From assembly GCF_009914755.1 (NCBI RefSeq), contig NC_060928.1: a stretch of DNA of 64,000 nt, one strand, 5' to 3'. A model generated the notes under the pieces. The model made no database searches, had not been told where the DNA came from, and saw only the letters and a list, made by a program, of their open reading frames with translations. Made by a program: the position numbers and the translations under genes. This DNA is from the human T2T-CHM13v2.0 reference genome, Homo sapiens. Below are positions 49,151-64,000 of the stretch, piece by piece; position 1 is the stretch's first letter, and the number at the start of each line of letters is the position of its first letter.

Positions 49151-50359
49151 CCTCTAGTTGTTGCAGCTGAGGAGCGAAGCCTCTCGGCAGCCCCACATTT
49201 TCCAGGAGCCTCTGCCTTCTGCCAGCACCCCTGGGAACTCAGGAGCAGGCTCAGCTGGAGGAACAGGCAGTTGTGGAGCCTGCACTTCAACCGCTCACCT
49301 CAGGGCCTGGCAGAACCGCCACGAGGAACTTGCCTCTTAGCGTGTTTAAAATCAGCTATAATGTTAGGCTCCCAGTAGGAGTGCGTGTGTTTTCTTTGTA
49401 GAAATTTAACACTTTAGGGACTTGTAAGTCGGAAGGGGAAACATCAGCTGTAAGGGTGGAGAGACAGGGAAGCAAACTGCCAAGATTCCCCAAATATGGG
49501 TGTCACATACGATGGTGGTGCTGCATGCAAGAGAGGCAGGGGCTCATGGCAAGGGCTCTGGGTACCTGCCATCAAGAACGAAACACGGGTCCCCTCGAAA
49601 AGCACCAGCATCAAGACACTGCAGTTGACTTTCTGTTCATCACTGGGTAACCTCTGCACCCACTTCTAGCCATCTTTCCATCAGTAAACACTGAGCGCCA
49701 ACTATGTGTCAGGCAGAGTGCTGGGCCCCGGGACACAGAGGTGAACAGATGACGTCCTTGCCTCAGGCAGCTCATAGTCTACTGGGGAGCCAGCTCTGTC
49801 ACCCTGCACACAACACCCAGTGCAGGAGCAATGGGAGAGATGTGCCTAGATGTGACGGTGGCACAGCAAGGAGAGACCCAGGAAGGCTTCCAGAGGGGGT
49901 GACATCTGAGCAAGAAAGAATCAAAGTGGGAAGTCAGAGGGGAAGTGGGAGGGGCATGGAGAAAGCAAACCAGTAAGCAGACAGGCAAGGTCAGGAGGTG
50001 GGAACAGCCAGGCCTGGCCAAAAGTTTGGTGTTGCGAGTTTGGTTGGGGAGGTAGCAAGGAACCAGATCGAAGCACGTCTCATACGGCATCCGATGAGCT
50101 AGACTTATTCTTCTGGGTGAGTACTGCTCAACCCTGGCTGCAGGGTACAATCCCCTGAGGACTGTATTTTGTTGTTGTTGTTGTTGCTGCCATTTTATAG
50201 AATCAACATCTCTAGAATGGGCAGCTCAGAAGTTCATCTCTGATACTGCAGAGTTAAAGCCTGCTGAACAGCAGGCTTATTTTAAAATATACACATACAC
50301 GTACACATGTATCTGCATATCACATGTATGTGCCTAGGCCACACCCCACATCACTTTCA

Positions 50360-51494
<1,135 letters not shown>

Positions 51495-53064
51495 GCTGTT
51501 GTAGGAGCTCAGAGGGGAGACGATGAGCAACAAATTCAGGCAGCAGCAGGGGTGCACGTGGGGAGGAGAGAAAAAGTGGTATGGAAAGCTGTTGGGGGTT
51601 GTTGACTGGTGGGATGATGGAGGATCCAAGATGACTCCCCAGGTTCTAGCATGAACAATCGTGCCATCTGCTGAGGTGTTTGCAGGGAATGGAGATGAGG
51701 AGGGATGTGTTTCTTTTGCAGTATGTGACAATGACGGCAGATGGGGATTTGTAAGAAAACAGTCAGAGATTAAGGTCTGAGTATTATCATATGCGGAGTG
51801 CAGCTGAAACCAGAGGTGTAGATGAGATCTCTGTCCAGAAAATGTAGAGAGAGAACAGAATATTGGCAACCAAACCTGGAGGAAGAGCAGCTTTTGAGGA
51901 GTGGGCAGAATGCGAGGACTAATCATTTGTAATTAAGCTGCAGAAACAAACAGAAGTACTAGCCATCTTCTTTCTGTCTATCCTGAAGCAGAGTCCTACT
52001 AAAGCATAAAGAAAGCGATGTGAAGGGAGAGCACTAATAAAGATGAAATGATGTGAACCACGAGTTACGCAAAAGAGAGAATGAAACAAGAATCAAGAAA
52101 GCAGTTATTGATGGGTCCTTGGTTTGTTAATTAGAGGTCTGGCTTTCTCTGTCTTCTCATTTACTACATTACGCTGGTGAATTAATAGATTTCTCAACAA
52201 AAGGACATTTAAATCAACATATGACACCTGTTTAAATTCTTAAGAAGCCATTAATTACACATTCTTAAGAAAATGAGCTATGACACAACTCTTCTAACTG
52301 TATAATTCCTATCTGTGATTCTTAATCAGGTGACTTTTCAGCTGCAAGACGGATCTTTTCTATTCATCTCCTCTGGTTCTGACCAATTAAATGTTTTCTT
52401 TCGCAATCATAACATTTCATATGCCAAATCTTCAAAAGAAAAGGAGCTTGTTAGCAACATATCATTTCCTGTTGCTAATTTATGCTGAATTTGAATTCTT
52501 AAAAGTATAACATATACATGTAGAACATTATTAACACATCCAGGCTTAGTTAAAAAAAATAGTTTTTTTTGGCTTGGCTTTGTGCAAATTTTTTTAGAAC
52601 AATTCTTTTTTTAAAAAAAACTTTACCAATTAATAAATCTATTCCTGTAAATTGAGGTTAAATTATACAGACAGAAAATACATGTATAAATTATAAGGGT
52701 GTGTAAGTTTGTTCAGAAGGAATCATTATTTTCAAAAGGAATTAGAATGCCTACATAGACAGCCTTTTGGTGTTTTATAGCTTGACTCATGTTCAACATT
52801 TACTGACAGCATATCTTCAAGTCATTTACTTCATAGCCACCCAGTAGCCACTCTAGATTTCTTTTCCAGAAACCAACCATTCCCAAACATCAAAGCTTGA
52901 ATTTTCTGCATTGAGGATTTCTGAGCCCAATCCAGGGGCAGAGCTGGGAACCAGGGGTCTGGTTCCCAGTCAGCCACGCAGCCTAAAATTCAACAATCCT
53001 AACCTGGCTAGGCCTGTCTCTCAGAGCTGCTCACTAAGCAGGGGCAAATCAAGTTTATGGCACT

Positions 53065-53442
<378 letters not shown>

Positions 53443-54223
53443 CTATCACCTTTTAGTTGGACCCTATTACTCCCTGTCCTCTGAAAGAAGTCTGGAAGCA
53501 AACCATCAGTTGGTGTAATGTAATACATTATGGTCTTTTGGGAGATGTGAGTCACTGATTTTTTTGTCCAATGAATCAATAATATCTGGGAGCCTGCAAA
53601 ATTGGGGGCTGGAGTTAGTGTCCCTCATCTAGTCCTTCATCTGGGATAGGGTGGAGTCTTCAATCATCACACCCTGTTGTCAGTCACCTGGGAGCACTGG
53701 TGTAGCAAGGCTCATGGCATGGGGACAGACATTTCTCAAGCACCCAGCAGGGGGAACATAGCTGGGTAGGAAGCTTGCCTGTGTCCATTGTAGACATTGC
53801 TTGCTCATCACACATTGAAAGGAGCCCTTACAGCTTCCTGCCTCCACTGAATTTGACCCAGTCCCACCTAACATCTCCAGACCTCACCATCTCATAGGGT
53901 ATTGGCACAAAGACAAGATGCCTATGTTTCTGGTAGGTACACACTTTTTTGCAAAATCAAAATCTGCCCAAGGCCAAGTTGACTCTTCACATACCAGTCC
54001 TCTCACAAATGAAAAGCTTTTCATGCATAAATGTAGGGCTGCCCCTGCATTCAGCCTGAGAACACAGCCAGGTAATAGGAAATGGAGAGCGCAAGACAGC
54101 TCCTCTCTCCATTTGATTATGTTCAACCTCTGAAGGCCAACTACAAAAGCAGCCACAGGGGCAGACACTTCATGAAAGCAGGTAAACAGGGCCATAACCA
54201 TTCCCAACCTTTTTTCTCTCTCA

Positions 54224-54409
<186 letters not shown>

Positions 54410-54508
54410 TTAGGAAGAAATTGACAAAGCGTTCATGAGATTGTAGATAGGGTCATAAAATCCTAACACTGAAAGGTTGTCAGGCCCAATTCCTATATAC
54501 AATCCTAG

Positions 54509-54798
<290 letters not shown>

Positions 54799-55448
54799 TA
54801 ACTTGCCTTTTTAAAAAAATAATAAAATGAAATGGGAAAAAAGCCAATCTAGCTTTCTATTGGTTTACAAATTTCCAGCTAGCTGCCCTTCCTAATGTCA
54901 AATAGCTTAAAATGCCCTGACTTTTGCCTCTTCCTGGTACAAACGGGGATCTTTCATGACTTCTATTGCAGCACCTTTTTGGGCACCAGCCAACCATCCT
55001 AAGTCCCCTGTTCTGTTTCAGTGACATCATCGATGGACACGGGGTCTGGATGGCGGGCCCATGTCCCATCCTCACACTCTCAGAATGTTTGTGCTGGAAG
55101 GGTCTTTGGAGATTGACTGGTCTGACCACCTCATCTCACAGTTGGGAAAAGAGAGGCCCAGAAAGGGGAAGTCGATTGTCCATGGTCAACCAGCCACTTC
55201 GTGGCAGAGATGGGACTAGGCTGTTTTCATTATTCCACCCTTGTGGGGACTGCTTCCGGGACTCAGGAAAGCATGCTGTCATTCAGGAGCATCTGTAAGC
55301 CAGAGGCATCATAAGCAAATAACTGGAAGGGAACATGGAACCATTTGGGCACATCTCAACAGTCTGAGCCTCCCCAAACCACGCATACACAATCACCTAT
55401 GCAAATTTGAAAACGAAAAGCAATCAGGGAACATTTAGCAGTGCTTAT

Positions 55449-55981
55449 TGCGATGGTTCATTTGGTGTGTCAACTCTACTGTGCCATCGGGTACCCAGAT
55501 GAAACATCATTTCTGGATGTGTCTGTGAGAGTGTTTCCAGATGAGATGAATATTTGAACTGGTGAGGTAAGCTACACAGACGGCCTTCTCCACTGTGAAT
55601 GGGCATCATCCAATCTCTTGAGGGCCTCAATAGGACAAAAAGGCAGAGGAAAGAGAAATTGGTCCCTTTTTGCTTTCTGCCTGCCTGCCTGCTTGAGGCA
55701 GGAAGACATCAGGGTTTTTTATATGTTTTTTTTTTTGTTGTTTTTTTGGTTTTTTTCCTGCCCTTGGACTGGAATTTATGGCCTCATCTCTCCTGATTCT
55801 CAGGCCTTCAGGCTTAGACTGGAATTACACTATTGGCTTTCCTGGCCCTCAGCTTGCAGACGGCAGACTGTGGGACCTCTCAGCCTCCATAATTGCATGA
55901 GCCAATTCTTTGTAAGAAACCTCTTCCTATATATATCTAATCCCATTGGTTCTGTTTCACTGGAGAACCCTGACTAATGCA
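55449..55981. mobile_element. MLT2-type ERVL solo LTR
   Basis: TG...CA termini, gatggtt...tgtcaact start and cattggttctgtttcactggagaaccctgactaatgca end. Confidence 0.88.
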
Positions 55982-56334
55982 CTATGAAAATGTAATTCTA
56001 AATGTTAGACTAGTTGCATAATAAATTTGGATTCAAAACCAGAAATGAAGCCGTCTGGTATGGCGTTTATTTTGATGACAGACTGCTGGATGCAGCAATA
56101 CTTTGCTTCAAGGTCCAAGTGACTTCACTTAGCTAAAAAGTGATGTGGGATAATGGTCTCACAGGCAGAGTAATTACAAGAATTTGGTAAGGAGCACCTG
56201 TTCTTGAAGAACTGGTGTTCTGGCAAGCACTGACACTGTTCCTTAGCTGGTACACCAATCATCCCCCCAAGGCCTGTCTAGAAATGGATGAAGTGCCCTT
56301 TTTCACTCACTGAAAGCAAAGGATCCTGTATTTA

Positions 56335-56712
<378 letters not shown>

Positions 56713-57189
56713 TCAGAGCACACACAATTAATTACCATGGGATCGATGTGGCTTTAGAAAAAGAGGAAAAGCCAATTAAATCACCTGAGTTATTGATATG
56801 GTCGGTCCTGCAGTGCCTCAAAATATACCACCTTCCAGGGAGGTAAATGAAACCCTTTGGGGATGCCATGGTGTCATTCTGTAAATAGCTTTTTCTTTGG
56901 CACTATATGACAGCCTAGTATCCTGGGGAAATGATGTGCTGTATGTAGCTTAGAAATCGCCTCAAGAGAGTAATTTACTCAGTGTAACTCATCACCAAAT
57001 CAGGACCACTGAAACTTCCAGAGGGACCTTTTCCCCCTCTAAGACTCCCTAAAGAAGAATGTGTTTTATCTCACAAACAGTTCTTAGGTACTGCTCTAAA
57101 AAGTTGAGCAAAAGAACCTTAGTTTTAGATGCTTTCTAGACATCTTTTGTCCCCAGTTTTTCTCATGGGTCTCCAAATAAAAAGAATGA

Positions 57190-57430
57190 GTCAACTTTTA
57201 TTGAGAGCTTACAACATGCCAAGTACTGGGTTAAGTGTCTTATGTAAATTATGTCATTTAATTGGTACACTTTTATAAGGTCGGTACTATTTTCAGCATC
57301 CCCATTTTTTACACGAAGAGACTGAGGCCTGGAGAAGAATAACTTGTCTAAAGTTACAAAGGCTGGCAAGAGGCAGAGCCAAGCAGTGAGCCCTGCTTCA
57401 AAGGTCACTAAAGCCAGAGTTCACAGTCAC
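57190..57430 (-). mobile_element. MIR
   Basis: tttattgagagcttac...gagactgaggc...aacttgtctaaagttac. Confidence 0.75.
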
Positions 57431-57916
57431 CCTGATGCACGTACCCTCAATGAAAAGTCAATCAGTTGCCTTAATAAGTACTTTACCACGCGGATAGAGA
57501 CTTGTTTACACAACTGCTTTAAGCTATATGATGCTTCTTTTACATAATTCTCCCATGAATCTATAAGCTGATCATCATTTAAGCCCAAACAAGCAAGTTT
57601 TATGGCCCTAGATGTACTGTTAGAGTCTTCTAAAGTCTATCTTTGTTATTCATATCTCTTGTTAATTCAGCCAACGAATGTTTACTTTCCATTATGTGCA
57701 AGGCACTATGCTAGATGCTGTGTTACAAAAGGCCATATAGGATTGCAAAGATACTATTTACATTTAACTTAAGACTTAACTTTTAACTTAAGACTTACAT
57801 TTAACTTAGGATGTGAGTTAAATGTAAATGTACATGTAAATAACGTTGATGTAAATGTTAAGTTAAATGTCAACTTGACTAAAATTTCACCTGCCTAAAA
57901 ACTATGTCCAACATGA

Positions 57917-58278
<362 letters not shown>

Positions 58279-60731
58279 CAAAATGTTTTTTTTTTTAAAG
58301 CTCAGGAGGCAACGAGAGAGACTCACTCTTATCAGCCCTTCATCAGGATTGAACACAGAAGAGTATCCAATGTGGGAAGGCTGGGGATGGGTTTATTTAA
58401 GGGCAATTTCCTTGCAGAGGTCCATGCTAAAAATGGAAGTTGAGATCAGAAGGACCCACAGATGAAATTGTGAATGCTGACACGTTGTCAATGAGCGGGA
58501 ACTGGTGCCTGGGGGTACATGGGTGGGTTGGGTGTCCCTGAGATGGGGACACTGTGCCTGTGCTGGCAGACCCTGAGCTGTGGGGAAGGATGCAGCCACC
58601 ACCTCCACCAGCTCTAAGGCATCCTCCAGTTACTAGCTTCTGGAACTCTTCCCTGCCTACCTCCTGGTTCTGCTTTTGCTTTTTTGATCCCAAGTACCTG
58701 GCACAGGAGGTGCTGAAAACATTCACTTTACTGAACGAATGGAGTTTGTTCCTTTTTCTGTATTTTTTTTAAACTCCCCAGAGAAATAACAGCTTGTCGT
58801 AAAAAAAAAAAAAATTCAAACAATGCAGATTTGTATAAAATAAAAACAGAAATCCCATCTCCCTCAATCTTTCTTTAATAACGAAGATTAAAAACTATTA
58901 AAAGCGTGGTATGTAGGCTTTGGCACTCTTCCTTCGTATATACAATAATTCGTATCCAAATCTATTTACATATCTACATACACATTTTCTTTACCAAAAT
59001 GGCGTATTATGCCCTTGTAGAGTCTGACTCTCGACTTTCTTTTTTAAATTAACTACACATTATGAATAACTCTCTGGGGCTGTCAGAAGCTCATTCTTTC
59101 TAATGCTTCAATAGTATTGCATTCCGTAGCTGTACCATTTTCCCTACCAGGCCTCTATTTTTAGACTCCTGTGTTGTTTCCAGTGGTTTTGCTATAACCA
59201 ACAACGTGGCATTGAACATCCTCGAACATTTCCACTTCCCTCTGCTAATCTGTTAGGATGACATCTGCATGATAACACCCCTTTTCACCAGCAGCCTGCG
59301 GAATCTTGTCTTGGATTTTCCCTTTGCATAGTTAAGAGAAGTCCGTTCTACCCAGTCTTTAGTTGTAATAAGAACGTGGAATACACTGAATTCAGTAGAC
59401 ACTGTAGCACTCAGAGTTGCAAAATAAATTCTACTGCCACTTATTCATGTGTTTACTTTTAAATGTGTGCTCATCTTGGATGCCCCTCTGCACATTCCCA
59501 GCAAAGCAACATTAACATTTGTTAAAGATTCATCCCTGCCTCACCTATTCTGCCAAATGCCTAACTAAGATGATGAATTTTGCCAGAGTACCCGTGGACC
59601 CGAGCTTTGTAGGCTCAGAGGAGGAAGAGACTCCAAACCAAATGAAGCTTCAAATGAAACACTTGTCCTGCCGACCCCTGGCACGGAACCCCAGAAATCA
59701 TTAGCAGGAGCGCCCAGGTAGCTGAGATTGCTGGAGAAGAAGGAACAAAAAGGGAATCCTTCACAAAGCTCAAATCTTTAGCACAAAAAAAACTTTGCAG
59801 GTTGAAACACAGGCAGTTTGAAAGGGCTGTGTTATTTCTTTCGTATGTGAAATTCAAAACTCCCCCCAAAATATAACCAAACAGTATTTTCTCTGAAAAA
59901 GAATCAAATAATTTTCTGCAGTAGTAAATATAAATAAAAATAATAATCCTAAGGTAAAACTGCTCATTTTGCACATTTGGTAAACTTTGAATTCCAACTG
60001 TTGCTCAAAAGCAAAGGCATAATGTCTTGGGTGATATTGTGACACTGGTGATTTTAAAGTCAGTTTAATGAAACTGTTAATTTCACCCATCTGGCTTAGC
60101 ATATGCATTTTTTTCTAGTCAATCTGTAACTAAAAACATGCCTTGTTTATGGAGATTAATGGTTTAATGAAGAAACAAACAAACAAAATAGAAGAAGCAG
60201 CCATTTTCCCATTTTCTTTCTTTCAGCGCCCAAAGCTAAGGAACAAAAGCCACCACCACCACTAATTACCCCTTACTATTTTCCATGTAGCCCAGAATCA
60301 TTTATTTTGCTTTTTTCCCCTTTTTCACAGTAATATCATAAGGTCACCGTTTGTGTGCTCATCTTTAGAAGAGGCAAAAAGCAGAATGTGAGAAGGTAAC
60401 CACTTGCTAAAGGCCCCAGAGCTGGGACCAGCGTCTGTTCGAGAATTCAGGAGCAGAAAGGCACCTCATTCCCTGTGACAGGAATGTAGACATCAATAGG
60501 AAAGTCGTTTTTAGTTTCAAGCTTCTGAAAGGTGTAATGCATCCAAGGTAGAAGTTTGAAAGGGGAAAAAAAGGAAAGGAGAAAATGTCACTTAACTATT
60601 AAAAGGAATGATCTACACCAAGTTGACTGGTTTGTAAAAACACAGGGCATTCCTCATTTGCACTCTGACCTGGAGATCCTCATTGGGCTCACAGCCTGCT
60701 TTCTTTTTCTTTTTCAAAAAAAGCCTATTTG

Positions 60732-61184
<453 letters not shown>

Positions 61185-61221
61185 CTATGTACTGGGTAAA
61201 TTTTCTTTTCTTTCTTCTTTT

Positions 61222-61660
61222 TTATTTTATTTTATTTTATTGAGACAGAATCTTGCTCTGTCGCCCAGACTGCAGTGCAGTGGCATGATCTTGGCTCATT
61301 GCAACCTCCACCTCCCAGGTTCAAGCAATTCTCCTGCCTCAGTTCCCGAGTAGCTGGGATTACAGGGATGCACACCGTGCTTGGCTAATTTTTTTTTTTT
61401 TTTGGTAGAGACAGGATTTTGCCATGTTTGCCAGTCTGGTCTCGAACTCCTGGCCTCAAGCAATCCACCCACCTCTGCCTACCAAAGTGCTGGGATTACA
61501 GGCTTGAGCCACGGCGCCCAGCCTATTTTATTTTATTTTTTAAATAGAGACAGGGCTTCGCTATGTTACTTAGGCTGGTCTTGAACTCCTGGCCTCAAGT
61601 GATCCTCCCGCATTGGCCTCCCAAAAGGCTGGAATTACAGGTATGAGCCTCCGCTCCTGA
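61222..61660 (-). mobile_element. Alu (61222-61522) plus a FLAM-like monomer (61523-61660)
   Basis: Reverse Alu consensus segments. Confidence 0.88.
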
Positions 61661-64000
61661 CCCCGTATAAACTTTCTGATTTTACACGTCATTTTTCTCC
61701 CTGCCTTCTTCTTTTCCTTCCCTCCTTCCTCCATCTCTCTCTCTCTCCTTTCGGAGCTGTTATTCTCTGAGCAAGAAAAGCATAGCCCATTGTTTGTTTT
61801 CTTGGTGTCTCTGTGTATTTTTTTAAAAAAACTATATGTATGCTTTTTTAAAAAAGGTAATAAAGATGATGGTTCTTCAACAAACAGGGAACACAGCTCT
61901 TAAAAGGAAACAGTATCCCGATGTTATTATGTAACATAGTTGTATTTCTAACATCTCCACTCTCTGCGTTTTAAGGTCTCCAAATAAACATCGCAATTGT
62001 TGGCAAAAATAAAGTCAAAAGCAAGGTAGAGCTTCGCTAGTGCAGCCAGTCACTCCTTGGCGTATTGTGTGGGGACACCTCTGCCCCCACACTCAGCACT
62101 CCGGAGCCTGGGGGCAAGAGGCAGGCAGTGGTCCTGAAAGGGGCGCAGATGGTGTCAGCCCAGGGAGCCGAGCCCAACCCTGGACCTGGCCCCATCCCAG
62201 AGAACCATTTGTTGGCAGACTTTGGACTTCCTTTAGCCACAGGCACCAACTCCCTTGGTCAGAGGTGCCCAGTGCAGATGAAAGGCAGGAAAGGAATAAA
62301 TAGGCCTGGCCTTAGGGCAGATGTCCCTGGGGCCATGCTGCCCAGCTCCCCCCTCCCCTCTCTGCCTTCATGTCACCTGTTCAGTGCCTTTGTGTCCTTC
62401 CTCATTGCTCCCTGCCACAACCAAGAGCCCGGACTGCCACTGCCATCCCTGCAGCCTCTCACCAGCCCAGTCCTCATCGCCTCTCTTCTCTGGATGCCAG
62501 AGCCCCATTCAAAGGGTTTTTGAATTCAAACGGCTCAGTTTTGACAGGTAAGGTGTGACAAGAAAGTAAAAGAAGGAAATGGCCAGCACAACTCTTAAAT
62601 AATGAAAAAACATGCATACTAAAACACCACCGTACTAGCATTAGAAAAAGCCCAAATGCTAATAGGGCAATTTCTACGCTCTGGCAGGAGCCATTTTCCT
62701 AGAGAATTGGAGGTTCCCCAGGAAACAACATAGAATTTGACCAATCAGAGTCCCCTCTTCCGGAGTCCTGAACGTGGGGTCTCATGTTGGATGCCACCCC
62801 AGAGTCTAGACGGTGGTGAACTACGGGCCACAGCAGCACAAGAGAATCCCTGTGCCAAGCAAGAAAATCAGGATGCAGAGCAGAGGCCCTGGAATGCCCG
62901 AGGCAGCAAGGGGACTCGGCCACATCTATATGCGCTGCAGTTGGGCACCCCGAGTAGCCCCGCCATGTTTAATTCAAAGGCGTGCCCGCTCTGGGAGGCG
63001 AGGAACGGGTCCTGTTATACATCAGAGAAGAAAACACCAGTGGGAACAGCTGTGTCTTATACCAGGTTAGCGCATCAGCTGTCAACTCTCAATGAGCCTC
63101 CCTCCTCTGTACACCCTGGCACTTGGCACAGAGTTGTGTGTGGGCTGGTCCACAATTCTCACTGTGGTCGCCCCAGGGCCTGGCACCATGTGGGATGCAC
63201 CCAGTACATGGGTCCTGAATTGGGTTTACAGGTACCTCGTGGCTGCTTTACGTCTTGGAACCTGTATATCTCAGCAACTAGATTACAGATCATATGAAAG
63301 CAAGAACTATGACGGCTACATTTCTGGGATTCTTTTGTAAATGAGTGTGCACAGACCTGAGCAGGATTCTGGTCTACTGCTGTTGACAGCGGAAAGCTGG
63401 CAAACAGCGTCCTGGTAGACCTGAGAAACAGAACGATGTTTTACAGAAGTGTCTACCGAGAAAGAGCAGCCGCTCCTCAGAGGAAACAGGCTGAGGGAGA
63501 GTGGGAGAAATGAGGGAAATGTGGAAAGAAGCAGAGTAAGTCCATAGAACTCTTAGCAGTCTGGATTGGAGCTGCGGCTTGGCTAGCGCAAACCTTGAAC
63601 TTGGGTCTCCTGGAAGTCAAATTCCTCATTCCTTCAGTGATTCATTTACCCAACAAAGATGTTTTGAGTACTAACAGTGAGATCACTTATTCATTTGGGC
63701 TGCCGCCATTCAGTTGCTAAACAAATATTTATTGAGGCAAGAGTCTTAAAAAACAAACAAACAAAAAACAACAAAAAAAGCAAAACCCTAGATACTGTTC
63801 CTATCTTTGAGGAGTTTTCTTTTCCTGTTTTTTTTTTTTTTTTTTGTTGTTGTTGTTGTTAGTAGCCATCCTCATGGCTGTGAGGTATAATTTATTTTTG
63901 TGCAGTAATTTATATATTGGAGAAAGTCTGGTTTAACCGGAATTTAAAATGCAATGCTTTTATAAAGTGACATAATGTCTACGACAGAACTTAGTGAATA

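Noticed and set aside
48655-49290. Long ORFs on both strands
   Set aside because: Artefacts of the GA-rich low-complexity tract.
62737-63297. 186-aa + strand ORF
   Set aside because: Non-ATG start, no recognisable homology, and expected by chance in GC-rich sequence.

Overview
Primate (very probably human) genomic DNA, not prokaryotic. It carries the 3' two-thirds of SEL1L3 (Sel1-repeat type I membrane protein; 4p15.2 from recall) on the minus strand. I traced 15 consecutive coding exons by hand (probably exons 10-24, 56696 down to 413). All have GT-AG boundaries and consistent phases, giving 1835 coding nt and about 611 C-terminal residues ending ...NNPEPRG*. The rest is intron, rich in Alu, L1, HAL1, L2, MIR, hAT MITEs, MaLR/ERVL LTRs and simple repeats. 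Most ORFs in the supplied track are repeat artefacts. I see no convincing new multi-gene system. The best leads are: (1) a cluster of local templated-copy scars in intron 11, namely a ~230-bp non-Alu inverted duplication and two templated insertions flanked by short duplications; (2) an exon-shaped antisense unit inside a mariner transposase remnant; (3) a 275-nt AG-exclusion zone formed by a GGAA/CCTT microsatellite at the exon 12 acceptor; (4) a candidate intronic polyadenylation isoform ending ...SVSGKDL*. Exon numbers, repeat subfamily names and repeat boundaries are from recall or by eye and are approximate.
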